Source: Gammaproteobacteria bacterium
GTDB lineage: Bacteria > Pseudomonadota > Gammaproteobacteria > UBA4575
Length of the DNA: 62,658 bases
NCBI GenBank assembly: GCA_041576975.1
Contig: JBFGJY010000005.1
Span: 1-62,658, forward strand
Direction: 5' to 3'
Every line of letters begins with the position of its first letter. Positions within the stretch are counted from its first letter, which is position 1. Shown here piece by piece: positions 32,922 to 42,816 of this stretch. The notes under the pieces are model-generated. The model was not told the DNA's origin, searched no databases, and was given only the letters and a program-made list of their open reading frames with translations. Position numbers and translations under genes: made by a program.

Positions 32922-35900
32922 CTAATCAAACCGAATTTCTTTCCATGAGTGTCGTCCTAATAATTCAGCTGAACCTCCAACTTCAGGATTCACAAGAATA
33001 CGGTCAATTGTGCCGTCGGAAAGCTGAGTGATACGATAGTCCCCAACAAAAGACGAATCACTCGGGATGCTATCAAACCGTGTGCCAACAATAATATTGC
33101 TAATGCTATTTACTCCATTCAAGTTATCGTCCGCATCGAATACACCATCGATATTGACATCAAAAAGCACTGCAAAATCAAAACCACCCGTTATTGTATC
33201 AATGCTCAATCCAAAACCTCCTGAGGGTGGCATGCAAGTGGCCGGATCTTGTGGAGTTGCCGTGTTAGTAAACAGTTGAGTTCCTCGCAATTGCAGCTCG
33301 CGCACCGCTCGTTCACCTGGTAATTGGATATCCGGTGCACTGCCTCCTGGAGGTGGGATATTAAAATCATGATACCACCCACGTACTTGATTTGGGCCAG
33401 TATTGTCATATGGCACCGGGTTGTTAGAAACGGTTCGAACTTCTAACCCCGTAATTGTGTCGATAGAAGTTGTGAATTTTTGCTCGACTAATTCGGTAGT
33501 GGTGCTATTCATTTCAATGGGTAAATTGGTACCCAATGTATCATCCCAAAGTCCATAAAGTGATTGTATGTCTGTGCTGGTTGCATCACCTTTCGTAAGG
33601 TAACTTCCGGTGCCAACAACAACTATAAAACCAGGGGCTGTCGGGTGTTTAATTACAGTAGGTCGGTTAGTAATGGGTTGTGGAATAGTACGCGGAAAAC
33701 CAGAGCCAAATTTAGCTTCAAATAGGATATTTGTATTACTTGCTAGTGCCCAATTACTTGAGTTGCTATCACTGATATCTGTAACATATACATTGCCTTG
33801 TAAATCACCTGCGTAAAGACGATCTACGGTACCGTTACCATCCACGTCTATCCCTCTAACACCTGAGATTCCATTTGGGGTTGTACCATCTACACTGGTT
33901 GACTTACCAATACCGGTATCGATCTTGATAAAATCACTACTACTCCAACCGTTAAATCCAGCTTCGATAAACAAGATATAAATTACTGCATTGCCATTTG
34001 CACTGGTGCTGTTAATTCCATTACCAAAGATTGCGACCCATTTTTGATCGCCCGATGCAACTGCATTACTCATTGCGATGAGCGGTTTACTAAAAGTAAA
34101 ACCGAGATCGCTGTTGCCTATCGAGCCATCATCTTTTTCCGTAAATTCCCACATCACCGTGCTAGTATCAAAGTTATTTGGATCGGTAATATCTAGAGCA
34201 AAATAACCCTTACCCCCAGCCCCCAGACCATTTACAAGAACCGTTCGCCATTCTCGCGAACTTGCGGATGCTGTCGGCAAGATGTAGGCATCATTAATGC
34301 TGGGTGTAGAGTCAACAAAGAAGCGGTGGCTATAGTCCGGATCTGTGTATTGAGGCAGATCCCTGAGTAAGACATTAGGAACATAGGCAAACTTTTCGAC
34401 TCCATCTGCAGCTTTGAATGCATGCAACATGCCATCGTTGGCACCAACATAGATCAACTCCTCTCGATTCTGATTCGTGGTCACGAATTCAGAATAATTA
34501 TTTCCTGCACCACTTGGAAAGGCGCCGCCAAAACGACTTGCAAAGGGTGGTGCACCCACAAATACCGGCGTGGAATGGATGATGTCACCAATTTTTCCAC
34601 CCGTAACGATATTTTCAGGGCTAGTAGTAAGTGGTGCACGTATACGCATGTCACCATCATCAAAACTCACGCCTTCATTTGTGGTGTCACCCCGCAAATA
34701 ATCTGTGCGTATTGGAGCAATATTACTCGGTGGGCTTACATTTGCAGGAGCAGGTGTAGTAAGTGTGTTTAATTGAGTTGCTGTTAATCCGTTTGCCGGC
34801 CCCGCATCGAATACCCTTCCGCCACGTGTAGCGGCTTCATCAGAATAGGTCAATATCAAACGAGATGCTGCTGATAATCCATTTAGTTCTGTCGCCGCAC
34901 TCCATTCAAAAATTGGATTACCTGACAAGTCTTCATTAAATGTCCCATCAGTATTTACACGTTGCGCAGCGAGTTCGCCGCTATTGTTTGCAAGATTTGA
35001 AAAAGTTCTAAATGCTAAAGTACTTTCAGTGATAATTTGAGTGTTAAATGCAACAGGGGTAGTTGAACTTTGATTCGTGGTTACTCGAGAAAATACAGAC
35101 TGCACATCAGCTTGCAATTTAGTTAAGTCATCGGTAGTGAAAAATTGCCCGCGTCCGTTATAGGCCGCATGACGCAGATCGTCGACAATTCCATCTAATG
35201 TAATTGGATTTGGCCATGCGAAAGCAGCAGTTGGATCTGAAGGATTAGCTGAAACGGAACCTAAGCCTTGTAAACCAATTCCAATTACATTGGTTTCGAG
35301 GTGCTGGCCTAACTTGTCTCCCGGTTGTAAAAAAGGTGCGCTGGGATCACGGTTGAGATCAATATTTGTAACTGGTACGTCATCAATTAAAGACCCATGT
35401 AAGTCTCTTTCATGAAACTGCATAACGACATCAGCAAATGTATTACTAAAGCCATCCGCAAACGCACCACCATCAAGTTCAGTATTGTTGTCTCCATCAG
35501 TATTGCCAACTGTAGGTGCTAACACATCATAAATACTATCTGTAATTACAAACGAAGTATTGCGTTGACACGCACCTCTAGGCGCATCTAGAAGGGGGCA
35601 AGCCGCATCGCCCGGATTAGAGTTAGCAGCACTATTAAAAATATCTCCAGACAAACATTCAAAGTATCTTCCTACTTTTACATAACTCGTTCTTAATGGA
35701 GAACCTCCAATTGAATTAGTTTGATAAATCACATCGAGCAATGCTCTTTTATCTCCAGTTTGTGGCGATTGATTAAGTAATTTAACAGGTAATCCGATAC
35801 CCGCATTTTGATTTATGGTGGAATAACCAACGCGTGCTGAACTGTTATTGGCAACAATCTCACCCGTTATGGCTTTGGCTATAAATTCTCTGCTACGGTG

Positions 35901-36662
35901 ATAAGTAAACCAATTTGCAAAATTTTGTTTTGTGGCAGCATTTTGATCTCGAATTAAAAATTCGGTTTGTTCGCCATTCTCAAATAGACCATCCCCATCA
36001 TCGCTCCATGCAAAGTATTTAAAGCCAACTCCATTGATGCGATTGCCAGCTGTGTCCAGGCCCGTTTTATGCACCGTTAAATCAATAAAGTGTTGTGGGT
36101 TGTAGGGATTATCGGGTGCATTAGTAATATCGGCATTGCCAAATGGATTGCCATTAATATCTACACCCGCCCAAGGTTTATAAGTTTTAGTAGGATTAAA
36201 ATAAAATGGGTTAAATTGAAAATTTCGAAAGCGCCACGCATCATCATCTGCAACGTAGCAATTTTCACTGCCGGCTGCTGCAGGGATATTTGTATTTGTC
36301 GGAAAGGCAACTGCGTACGCGTAACCGCCAAAGGCGCTAGATTCCACTAAACAATTTGCATCTGCACCACCATCTCCATCATCAACACGTTGTGTAATTT
36401 CAGTAGGGAGCCCACTTCCATCGGGTTGCGGGGCATTAAATTTTCCACCGTTTAAGGCATCTTGTGTAAGCACCTCCCAATCCATACTGCCAGAGTCATT
36501 GTTGAAAATTAAAACATTGGGCGCGACAGATGGGGTCAGTTCTAGAGGAACATTAGATATATCCAAGGGAACTGCATAAGCATTCATAGCTACAGTACAT
36601 ATAAACATACATGCCAGACCATGCATGGATTGTTTGAATCTATGTATATAAGTAAGAGTCAC
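32922..36662 (-). CDS. pilY1: PilY1/PilC adhesin (cluster A)
   Basis: NDSGSM; IGDIIHSTP, GANDGMLHAF, DVDGNGTVDRLYAGD; GRHSWKEI. Confidence 0.92.
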   Translation of the reverse strand: MTLTYIHRFKQSMHGLACMFICTVAMNAYAVPLDISNVPLELTPSVAPNVLIFNNDSGSMDWEVLTQDALNGGKFNAPQPDGSGLPTEITQRVDDGDGGADANCLVESSAFGGYAYAVAFPTNTNIPAAAGSENCYVADDDAWRFRNFQFNPFYFNPTKTYKPWAGVDINGNPFGNADITNAPDNPYNPQHFIDLTVHKTGLDTAGNRINGVGFKYFAWSDDGDGLFENGEQTEFLIRDQNAATKQNFANWFTYHRSREFIAKAITGEIVANNSSARVGYSTINQNAGIGLPVKLLNQSPQTGDKRALLDVIYQTNSIGGSPLRTSYVKVGRYFECLSGDIFNSAANSNPGDAACPLLDAPRGACQRNTSFVITDSIYDVLAPTVGNTDGDNNTELDGGAFADGFSNTFADVVMQFHERDLHGSLIDDVPVTNIDLNRDPSAPFLQPGDKLGQHLETNVIGIGLQGLGSVSANPSDPTAAFAWPNPITLDGIVDDLRHAAYNGRGQFFTTDDLTKLQADVQSVFSRVTTNQSSTTPVAFNTQIITESTLAFRTFSNLANNSGELAAQRVNTDGTFNEDLSGNPIFEWSAATELNGLSAASRLILTYSDEAATRGGRVFDAGPANGLTATQLNTLTTPAPANVSPPSNIAPIRTDYLRGDTTNEGVSFDDGDMRIRAPLTTSPENIVTGGKIGDIIHSTPVFVGAPPFASRFGGAFPSGAGNNYSEFVTTNQNREELIYVGANDGMLHAFKAADGVEKFAYVPNVLLRDLPQYTDPDYSHRFFVDSTPSINDAYILPTASASSREWRTVLVNGLGAGGKGYFALDITDPNNFDTSTVMWEFTEKDDGSIGNSDLGFTFSKPLIAMSNAVASGDQKWVAIFGNGINSTSANGNAVIYILFIEAGFNGWSSSDFIKIDTGIGKSTSVDGTTPNGISGVRGIDVDGNGTVDRLYAGDLQGNVYVTDISDSNSSNWALASNTNILFEAKFGSGFPRTIPQPITNRPTVIKHPTAPGFIVVVGTGSYLTKGDATSTDIQSLYGLWDDTLGTNLPIEMNSTTTELVEQKFTTSIDTITGLEVRTVSNNPVPYDNTGPNQVRGWYHDFNIPPPGGSAPDIQLPGERAVRELQLRGTQLFTNTATPQDPATCMPPSGGFGLSIDTITGGFDFAVLFDVNIDGVFDADDNLNGVNSISNIIVGTRFDSIPSDSSFVGDYRITQLSDGTIDRILVNPEVGGSAELLGRHSWKEIRFD

Positions 36663-36666
36663 AAGA

Positions 36667-37212
36667 TTAATCTATTGTCCTATCGGATCCATACACAGAC
36701 TGCAAAACAACTGCAGTGTTGTCGTTGCCTCCGGTACCGCTAGATGTAATGCGAAATAAATGTACGGTCTTGCTGGCTTCGCCTTCACCGTAATTTTCTA
36801 ATAGAACTTTTGGTGCAATCTGTGTTTCAGCGATGTGCTGTATAACAAAACGTGGTGGTGTATTGACATTAATCGGATTGAATCCGGCATAACTTCGTGA
36901 ATCACTTGCCGCCCAATTGATTGCAGACCAAATCATCTCGTATGTGTTGTCATATAGGCCATCACTACCATCATTATCGAACACATCTAAAGTAAGTGTT
37001 CCTGTGTCCAATAGGTCTTCACCTGCCTCCAGTGCTGCTTCGGCTGCTTGAAACGCAACCATGCCGTCACGAGTGTTCCCGGCCATGCGTTCTTCAAGTG
37101 TTGTGCTTTGCATCCCAGTAATAGCGATTAAGGACATCACCAATAGCATTATCAGGCCTACAAATAAAACTGCGCCTGTTTGGTTGACTATATTAGTTTG
37201 AAAATTCATCAT
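36667..37212 (-). CDS. pilX: Minor pilin PilX (cluster A)
   Basis: QTG-AVLFVGL, LEERMAGN.RD..AFQAAE. Confidence 0.88.
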   Translation of the reverse strand: MMNFQTNIVNQTGAVLFVGLIMLLVMSLIAITGMQSTTLEERMAGNTRDGMVAFQAAEAALEAGEDLLDTGTLTLDVFDNDGSDGLYDNTYEMIWSAINWAASDSRSYAGFNPINVNTPPRFVIQHIAETQIAPKVLLENYGEGEASKTVHLFRITSSGTGGNDNTAVVLQSVYGSDRTID

Positions 37213-38279
37213 TAATTATTAGCGATTCGATTACGTAAATTTATTGTGGTATTGACAACATAGCGCAACTTTCTATCTGCAGGATGCGCAGGTGTAGAAG
37301 TGTCGGAAATTTGTGTCCCAGCAACGTTATAGGAATTAGTATCAATTTGTGTGGCAACTTCTTCACCTGTTGACATTAAAATCCCAAGCCGTACAGTAAT
37401 TACATTTAGCCATTCCGTTGCGGCAACATCATTCGCGGCTACATATCGATCTGCTACTTGATCGTTGTCAACATCAACCCCATAAAGAACTTGCATAGAC
37501 TCAACGCCTTCTAGTAATTCTTCTTCGTTCATTACTGCCGTCTCATTGGGGCCAGTCAATACTACTTGTAACACGCGTCGCTTTAGTGCGTTCACATTCG
37601 GATTCGTGCTACTGGGCGCAATATAATAAATGACAGGTTCATAAGGGGTGATTTGTGCATCATCACCATATATGCCTAAACTGGTAGTAGAGTTTCCAGG
37701 GGCGATTCCGCTATTTGTTCCGTAATCTATAGTCCCTGCACCAAATGCACTATCAGATATTTGAAAGATTGAGGCCTGCCTTGGATCGCAAACCAGTGCA
37801 ATTTCGCCTTTATCAAATTCTCCGTTTGGAAATGTATTTTGTAATGTAATTCTATTTGAGCTGTCATCGTGAATTGCAATTGTTGCAGCATATGCCCCAC
37901 CCTTTAAGATTGCGACAGCGTCAGTTCCTGCCACAACATCACTACTAATCTCAGTTGGGAAAGTACTTACACCTCCCTCATAGCCCCGTATTCCGAAATT
38001 AAAAAAATCTAAAAACCAATTAGTACTGCCATTAACTACATTTGAAAAAATCGGTGGCAATCGGCAGGGCATATAACCAGCCATACGTATATCGCGTGAC
38101 ATAAATTCCAGGCTAAAACGCATATTTTCCTGCAGTCGAGATAAATTATCAGTCATGCGATAGGTTTGTTTGCTGCTTAAATACATACCGGTCACACCAC
38201 TTACTAAAAACAAACCCAATAGCAACGCAACCATCAACTCAACGACAGAAAATCCTTGTTGTTTACTTCTTGTTTTCAT
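37212..38279 (-). CDS. pilW: Minor pilin PilW (cluster A)
   Basis: G-FSVVELMV, LQENMRF, GVESMQVLYGVD. Confidence 0.9.
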   Translation of the reverse strand: MKTRSKQQGFSVVELMVALLLGLFLVSGVTGMYLSSKQTYRMTDNLSRLQENMRFSLEFMSRDIRMAGYMPCRLPPIFSNVVNGSTNWFLDFFNFGIRGYEGGVSTFPTEISSDVVAGTDAVAILKGGAYAATIAIHDDSSNRITLQNTFPNGEFDKGEIALVCDPRQASIFQISDSAFGAGTIDYGTNSGIAPGNSTTSLGIYGDDAQITPYEPVIYYIAPSSTNPNVNALKRRVLQVVLTGPNETAVMNEEELLEGVESMQVLYGVDVDNDQVADRYVAANDVAATEWLNVITVRLGILMSTGEEVATQIDTNSYNVAGTQISDTSTPAHPADRKLRYVVNTTINLRNRIANN

Positions 38280-38788
38280 AACTCTGCCAAAACTGAAATT
38301 GTCTCGGTAGTACCACGGTCAATCCATTGAACTGTTACAGTAATATCGTTGCCAGCACGTGTGACGCTACCATCACCACTAGGGAGTATCGTCGTTAAAT
38401 TAAGTGGCGCAACACAAGCTGCATTGCCTGCATATGCCCCCAATCCACATTTCCACTGGGTAAGCTCAAAGGTAGCAAGTTGAGTAGTTGAACAGTTTGC
38501 ACTGGGTAATTGGCAATTGGTGAAGCTACCAGGTATAGATGACAGAGCCGAATCGTAGCCACCTGTAAGTGTTTCGGCTCGATTGGCTCGCATTTTGTCA
38601 ATTAAATCATATGCAAAGTAGGTTGCTTGTGTACGTAAATATGCATCGTAGTTACTGGTTAAACTAAACAACTGCATTCCAGCCATGCCTAATAATCCAA
38701 TCGACAACACAGCAAGTGCGACAAGCACTTCCATCAACGTAAAACCACGATTAGATATAATTTTCATTTTATTATGATTCATAAACAA
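38276..38788 (-). CDS. pilV: Minor pilin PilV (cluster A)
   Basis: G-FTLMEVLV, DLIDKMRAN. Confidence 0.9.
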   Translation of the reverse strand: MFMNHNKMKIISNRGFTLMEVLVALAVLSIGLLGMAGMQLFSLTSNYDAYLRTQATYFAYDLIDKMRANRAETLTGGYDSALSSIPGSFTNCQLPSANCSTTQLATFELTQWKCGLGAYAGNAACVAPLNLTTILPSGDGSVTRAGNDITVTVQWIDRGTTETISVLAEL

Positions 38789-39345
38789 GTTGTAATTGGA
38801 TTGCCAGAGCCATCAAGTGGCACACCACTACTATTTTGCTGAGCAAGCCGGACTCTTCCGCTTATAACTACAAAGATAGCTCTGGATTTCGTTAAGTCCC
38901 CGTTTTTACACAGCACAAAACGTCCATTTCTATTAGCTCTGCCACTAGGTCTAAATGAAAGATCATCTACACCTCCACTGAAGTCAGCGCCAAGGGAAAG
39001 GTTTTGCGCAATGGCTGCATGTACACGTAGTATTTCATCAACTAGGTTGTCACGATCGCCATCTTGATCAATATCTTCAAAAATTATCCAGCCATTGTCG
39101 TAATTTGAGCCACTACATGTCGCCCCATCACTACTATGACAAATGGATATTCGCTGATTTCTTCTTACAGCTTCACTACGTGCAAAATTTAATGACGCGA
39201 CAATTTCATTAATATTGGCAGCGAGTTGGTTACGTTCGATTAAACGTTCAAAGCTGGGCAGGCCCAGAGTGAGGACGATTGCGGCTACTGCAATCGCAAT
39301 CATCAGTTCGACCAGTGTGAAACCAAAATGTTGTTTATGCATCAC
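38779..39345 (-). CDS. fimT: FimT/FimU pilin (cluster A)
   Basis: G-FTLVELMI, ARSEAVRRN. Confidence 0.88.
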   Translation of the reverse strand: MMHKQHFGFTLVELMIAIAVAAIVLTLGLPSFERLIERNQLAANINEIVASLNFARSEAVRRNQRISICHSSDGATCSGSNYDNGWIIFEDIDQDGDRDNLVDEILRVHAAIAQNLSLGADFSGGVDDLSFRPSGRANRNGRFVLCKNGDLTKSRAIFVVISGRVRLAQQNSSGVPLDGSGNPITTCL

Positions 39346-39760
39346 TCACCAAATATTAGTGATGCGATAGTACGACGTGAAGCAGACTTGGTCTAAGCTA
39401 TACAGACCTACCCTTGTCTTTATTCTCAGTGGCTCTATAACTAGAGCACATTCCTTCCTGTAGCTTTCGCCGCGAAATATCGCGATCTATTATTTATTAA
39501 TAGCGTTTCGCCGATCTCTGACTCAACGCTAAATCTACTTAGTATTGTATTAGGTTCTTTAAGTAAATTCTTGTTCCAAAACGAAGTTTTTTTAATTTCC
39601 TATGTTATTGCTAGAACGTAAGTTTTTGACCACTTCAGTGAATTGCCCGGTTGCAGTACCACTAAAATTTAGTGTTTTGAAGTTATATTCCGTATGGAAT
39701 TTGAGGCTTAATACAGAATTTAGGGAACATCTGATCAGAACAGTTTTATTCTAGACAATT

Positions 39761-39819
39761 AAAAAACCCACGGCTTCCCAGCCGTGGGTCTGAAAGCCTG
39801 CTTCCCTGTAGGCTTATGC
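39761..39819 (-). ncRNA. Candidate CsrA/RsmA-binding sRNA (~59 nt) ending in an intrinsic terminator
   Basis: GCAUAAGCCUACAGGGAAGCAGGCUUUCAGACCCACGGCUGGGAAGCCGUGGGUUUUUU: two hairpins with GGGAA loops; TAAACT -10 at 39826-39831. Confidence 0.5.
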
Positions 39820-39852
39820 ATTTACAGTTTATTAAGCTAGTATTAATAGAAT

Positions 39853-39889
39853 CGTGAACTTGTTCACGCAACTCGGGCAACCTGTTGCC
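39853..39889. promoter_or_regulatory. Two palindromic activator-like sites
   Basis: CGTGAAC-TT-GTTCACG (39853-39868; CRP-like GTGA-N6-TCAC) and GGCAAC-CT-GTTGCC (39876-39889); centres 22 bp apart. Confidence 0.5.
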
Positions 39890-39936
39890 ATGCATCGAAT
39901 TTAGGAGACCGATTATCTACAAGTGTAGAATATGAA

Positions 39937-40491
39937 TTAAGATGGCCGTTGCAAACTAGCTTCTACTTGATTGCGTTTGTCTCCTCCGACCAAACAAGAA
40001 ATTATCTCTAATGCAAAATCCATTGCAGTACCGGGACCACGTGATGTTAATATGTTTCCATCTTGTTGGACTGCGGAATTAGTAACTTCTGTTGTGTTGA
40101 GATTAAGAGCATCTAACACTCCTGGGTATGCAGTGGCCTTTTTATTCTCGAGCAAGCCTGCACTCGCTAAGACTTTTGGTGCCGCACAAATTGCTGCAAC
40201 GGATTTATTATTATTTACGGTGCGTTGTAAGATCTGATGAATTCGATCATCTTCGTTCAAATTATCAGCTCCCGGAAGACCACCTGGTAATATTACCATG
40301 TCAAACTCTTGATCCAGAACCTGATCTAGCGTGGTGTCTGCCAGGATCTTGGTACCACGAGATGCTGTGATGGGACGTTCATCCAAACTTGCTGTGACAA
40401 CATTAATCTCTGCTCTTCGCAGCAAATCGATTATGGTAACCGCTTCAAGTTCTTCGCAACCTTGGGCTAGAGGGACGAGTACGTTTGCCAT
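39937..40491 (-). CDS. yajL: DJ-1/YajL/ThiJ family glyoxalase/deglycase
   Basis: GCEELEAV, LPGGLPGA, AAICAAP, TSRGPGTA. Confidence 0.92.
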   Translation of the reverse strand: MANVLVPLAQGCEELEAVTIIDLLRRAEINVVTASLDERPITASRGTKILADTTLDQVLDQEFDMVILPGGLPGADNLNEDDRIHQILQRTVNNNKSVAAICAAPKVLASAGLLENKKATAYPGVLDALNLNTTEVTNSAVQQDGNILTSRGPGTAMDFALEIISCLVGGDKRNQVEASLQRPS

Positions 40492-41243
40492 TGTTTGGTC
40501 TTTGCTATTTCAATTAACTCACTGACTGTGACTAATTGTATATTTTGTTTGCCAAGTTGAGAGAGTTCCTGGTCAAGTACAGACATCGTTGTATCATAAG
40601 GATGACCTATTGCTAATGCATAACCCTGATGCTTAGCGACTTTCGCCAGAAGCTTTACTTGCTTCCTCACAAATTCTTTGTTATTCGCCTTGGTATCTAG
40701 AAACACGTCACGCACTAAATTCGGGATATGATAATCACTCGCAATTTTACCAGCGATGGTATTAGTTGTAGTTTTACTATCGATAAAATAAAGATAGTCA
40801 TCTCGATTAGCAATGGTTTGCATTAATAAATTCATATGGCCTGCATGTCGAGTTAAAAAACTGCCCATATGATTATTAATTCCTCGTGCAAAAGGAATTG
40901 CATCAATACTAATATTCACTGTGAGCGTAAATTCATGTTTAGACATAGCCGTAGTTAATGCACCAAGACCTAGCCGTTGCTCCTCCTCAGCTTGCATCGG
41001 CAGATGCACCAGGATTTCTTTACCATTTCGATGCGCAAGTTGAGCTAATTGTATAGAGTAAGGCCGTGCTGGAAGAATTGAACATGCGATCGGCCATCGG
41101 GAATTTATAACGCGTTCACCTGCACTAAGATTATGGCCAATGTCATCGATAATAATAGCAACTGCAGGCGACTCTGCGATCACCAAATGAAAAGGTATTA
41201 CAAAGAATAAACCGACTACTATCAGCTTATACAAAGATGCCAT
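40467..41243 (-). CDS. Divergent polysaccharide deacetylase (YibQ family)
   Basis: AIIIDDIG, HLPMQ, NNHMGS, RDVFLD, AIGHP. Confidence 0.9.
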   Translation of the reverse strand: MASLYKLIVVGLFFVIPFHLVIAESPAVAIIIDDIGHNLSAGERVINSRWPIACSILPARPYSIQLAQLAHRNGKEILVHLPMQAEEEQRLGLGALTTAMSKHEFTLTVNISIDAIPFARGINNHMGSFLTRHAGHMNLLMQTIANRDDYLYFIDSKTTTNTIAGKIASDYHIPNLVRDVFLDTKANNKEFVRKQVKLLAKVAKHQGYALAIGHPYDTTMSVLDQELSQLGKQNIQLVTVSELIEIAKTKQWQTYSSL

Positions 41244-41255
41244 GTGAATAGTTAA

Positions 41256-42587
41256 CTATGTAGTAGTTTTACTCGCATAGTTCATGCCTTTTAAAATCTT
41301 AAGTGCCTCTTCCAGCGCGTAATCTGTTGTATCATCATCACGCGCTTTAGGAATAGTTACTGTTGATTTTGGAGTTCTTATTTTGTCTTTATCTTTATCT
41401 TTGCTGTTATTTTCAAGATGGCCTGCTAAATCCGCCTCTGAAATTCTGCCGAAGCCTTTATTTTCATTTTCGTCATCATTCTCCTCTTGTAAAAGAATAT
41501 CCGGAACGATTCCTTCATTTTGGATCGATCTTCCTGCTGGGGTGAAATAACGTGCAGTCGTCAACTTTAATGCAGCATTGTCTTTCAGTGGCAAAATAGT
41601 TTGCACAGAGCCTTTACCAAAAGATGTAGTGCCTAAGATGGTTGCGCGATTATGATCTTGCATCGCGCCGGCAACAATTTCTGATGCCGATGCAGACCCT
41701 TGGTTAATCATCACAACTAACGGTGCGCCACTTAGAGAGTCACCAGTGCTTGCAGAATATTTTAATTCTGATTCTTCTACGCGTCCTTCGGTATACACAA
41801 TCAATTTGTTATCGTTTAGAAATACATCAGAGACACCAACCGCTCCAGTTAATACACCACCTGGGTTATTACGTAAGTCTAAAACCAAGCCTTTGAGTTC
41901 GCCTTCGTTATTCTTTTTCAAGCTCTCAATTGCATCTAACAGTCCGCGTGTTGTCTTTGATTGAAAATTAGAGATGCGTACATAACCAAATCCTGGTTCA
42001 AGAATGCGGCTTCTTACACTGCGTACTCGTATCACATCGCGAGTAATGGTTATGTGTACTGGGCCTTCTTCAGCTTCACGCACTATGGTTAAATCAATTT
42101 TCGAACCTTTTTTGCCGCGCATGAGTTTGACAGCTTCTTCTAAGGTCAAACCTTTTACGGACTTATCGTCCAACTTGATAATTAAGTCGCCTGCTTTTAC
42201 GCCAGCACGTGCAGCAGGCGTGTCATCAATAGGTGCAATTACTTTTACAAAGCCATTCTCCATTCCAACTTCAATACCCAACCCACCAAATTCACCAGAG
42301 GTGCCAATTTGAAGTTCACGAAATTGTTCTTCGTCTAAAAATGCTGAGTGCGGATCAAGCCCGGACAACATTCCACGAATGGCATTTTCTAGAAGATCAC
42401 TGTCATTAACCTCGGTTACATAATCTTGTTTGATACGCGCGTATACATCTGTGAAAACACGCAAATCCTCCAGCGGTAGATTCGCAATATTTTGTTTGTC
42501 AGCCCATACATTATGGGCTAAAGAAAAAGTAAGGCCGAATACCAAACCCAAAACTAACCCTATACCCATTGGGTTTTTGAACTTCAT
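41256..42587 (-). CDS. ctpA: C-terminal processing peptidase (S41)
   Basis: LDPHS, PDZ domain, DLRNNPGG, SASASEIVAGA, FGKGSVQ. Confidence 0.93.
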   Translation of the reverse strand: MKFKNPMGIGLVLGLVFGLTFSLAHNVWADKQNIANLPLEDLRVFTDVYARIKQDYVTEVNDSDLLENAIRGMLSGLDPHSAFLDEEQFRELQIGTSGEFGGLGIEVGMENGFVKVIAPIDDTPAARAGVKAGDLIIKLDDKSVKGLTLEEAVKLMRGKKGSKIDLTIVREAEEGPVHITITRDVIRVRSVRSRILEPGFGYVRISNFQSKTTRGLLDAIESLKKNNEGELKGLVLDLRNNPGGVLTGAVGVSDVFLNDNKLIVYTEGRVEESELKYSASTGDSLSGAPLVVMINQGSASASEIVAGAMQDHNRATILGTTSFGKGSVQTILPLKDNAALKLTTARYFTPAGRSIQNEGIVPDILLQEENDDENENKGFGRISEADLAGHLENNSKDKDKDKIRTPKSTVTIPKARDDDTTDYALEEALKILKGMNYASKTTT

Positions 42588-42816
42588 GAATGTTCTCCTA
42601 GATTGTGCTTGTTCCATCTACTCATGGCTCCGTAATGTAAAGGAAAAAATGGATACGCACTTCATTGAGCCAATCTCTAATATGGTCATGTTACACGTAA
42701 AAGGTTCCAAAAATGATCTCTTTAGCAATGATTACACTGCTTTTATATTATATGTATATACAAACGCTTGCCTAGGACCAGTAAGCCGACTAGTGGGGCT
42801 CAAAGTGGATATGGGC

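Noticed and set aside
25278-36662. RGD tripeptides in PilY1 proteins as integrin ligands
   Set aside because: YLRGD is part of a conserved structural segment and the others are expected by chance; no host evidence.
39361-39390. Possible seventh R-site upstream of cluster A fimT (GATGCGATAGT-ACGACGTG-AAGCAGACTTG)
   Set aside because: Right arm fits, but the left arm is poor and I found no partner at the other end of the pilin block; not counted.
39876-39890. Sigma-54 promoter TGGCAACAGGTTGC on the minus strand
   Set aside because: GG-GC spacing is 9 rather than 10; better explained as a palindromic site.
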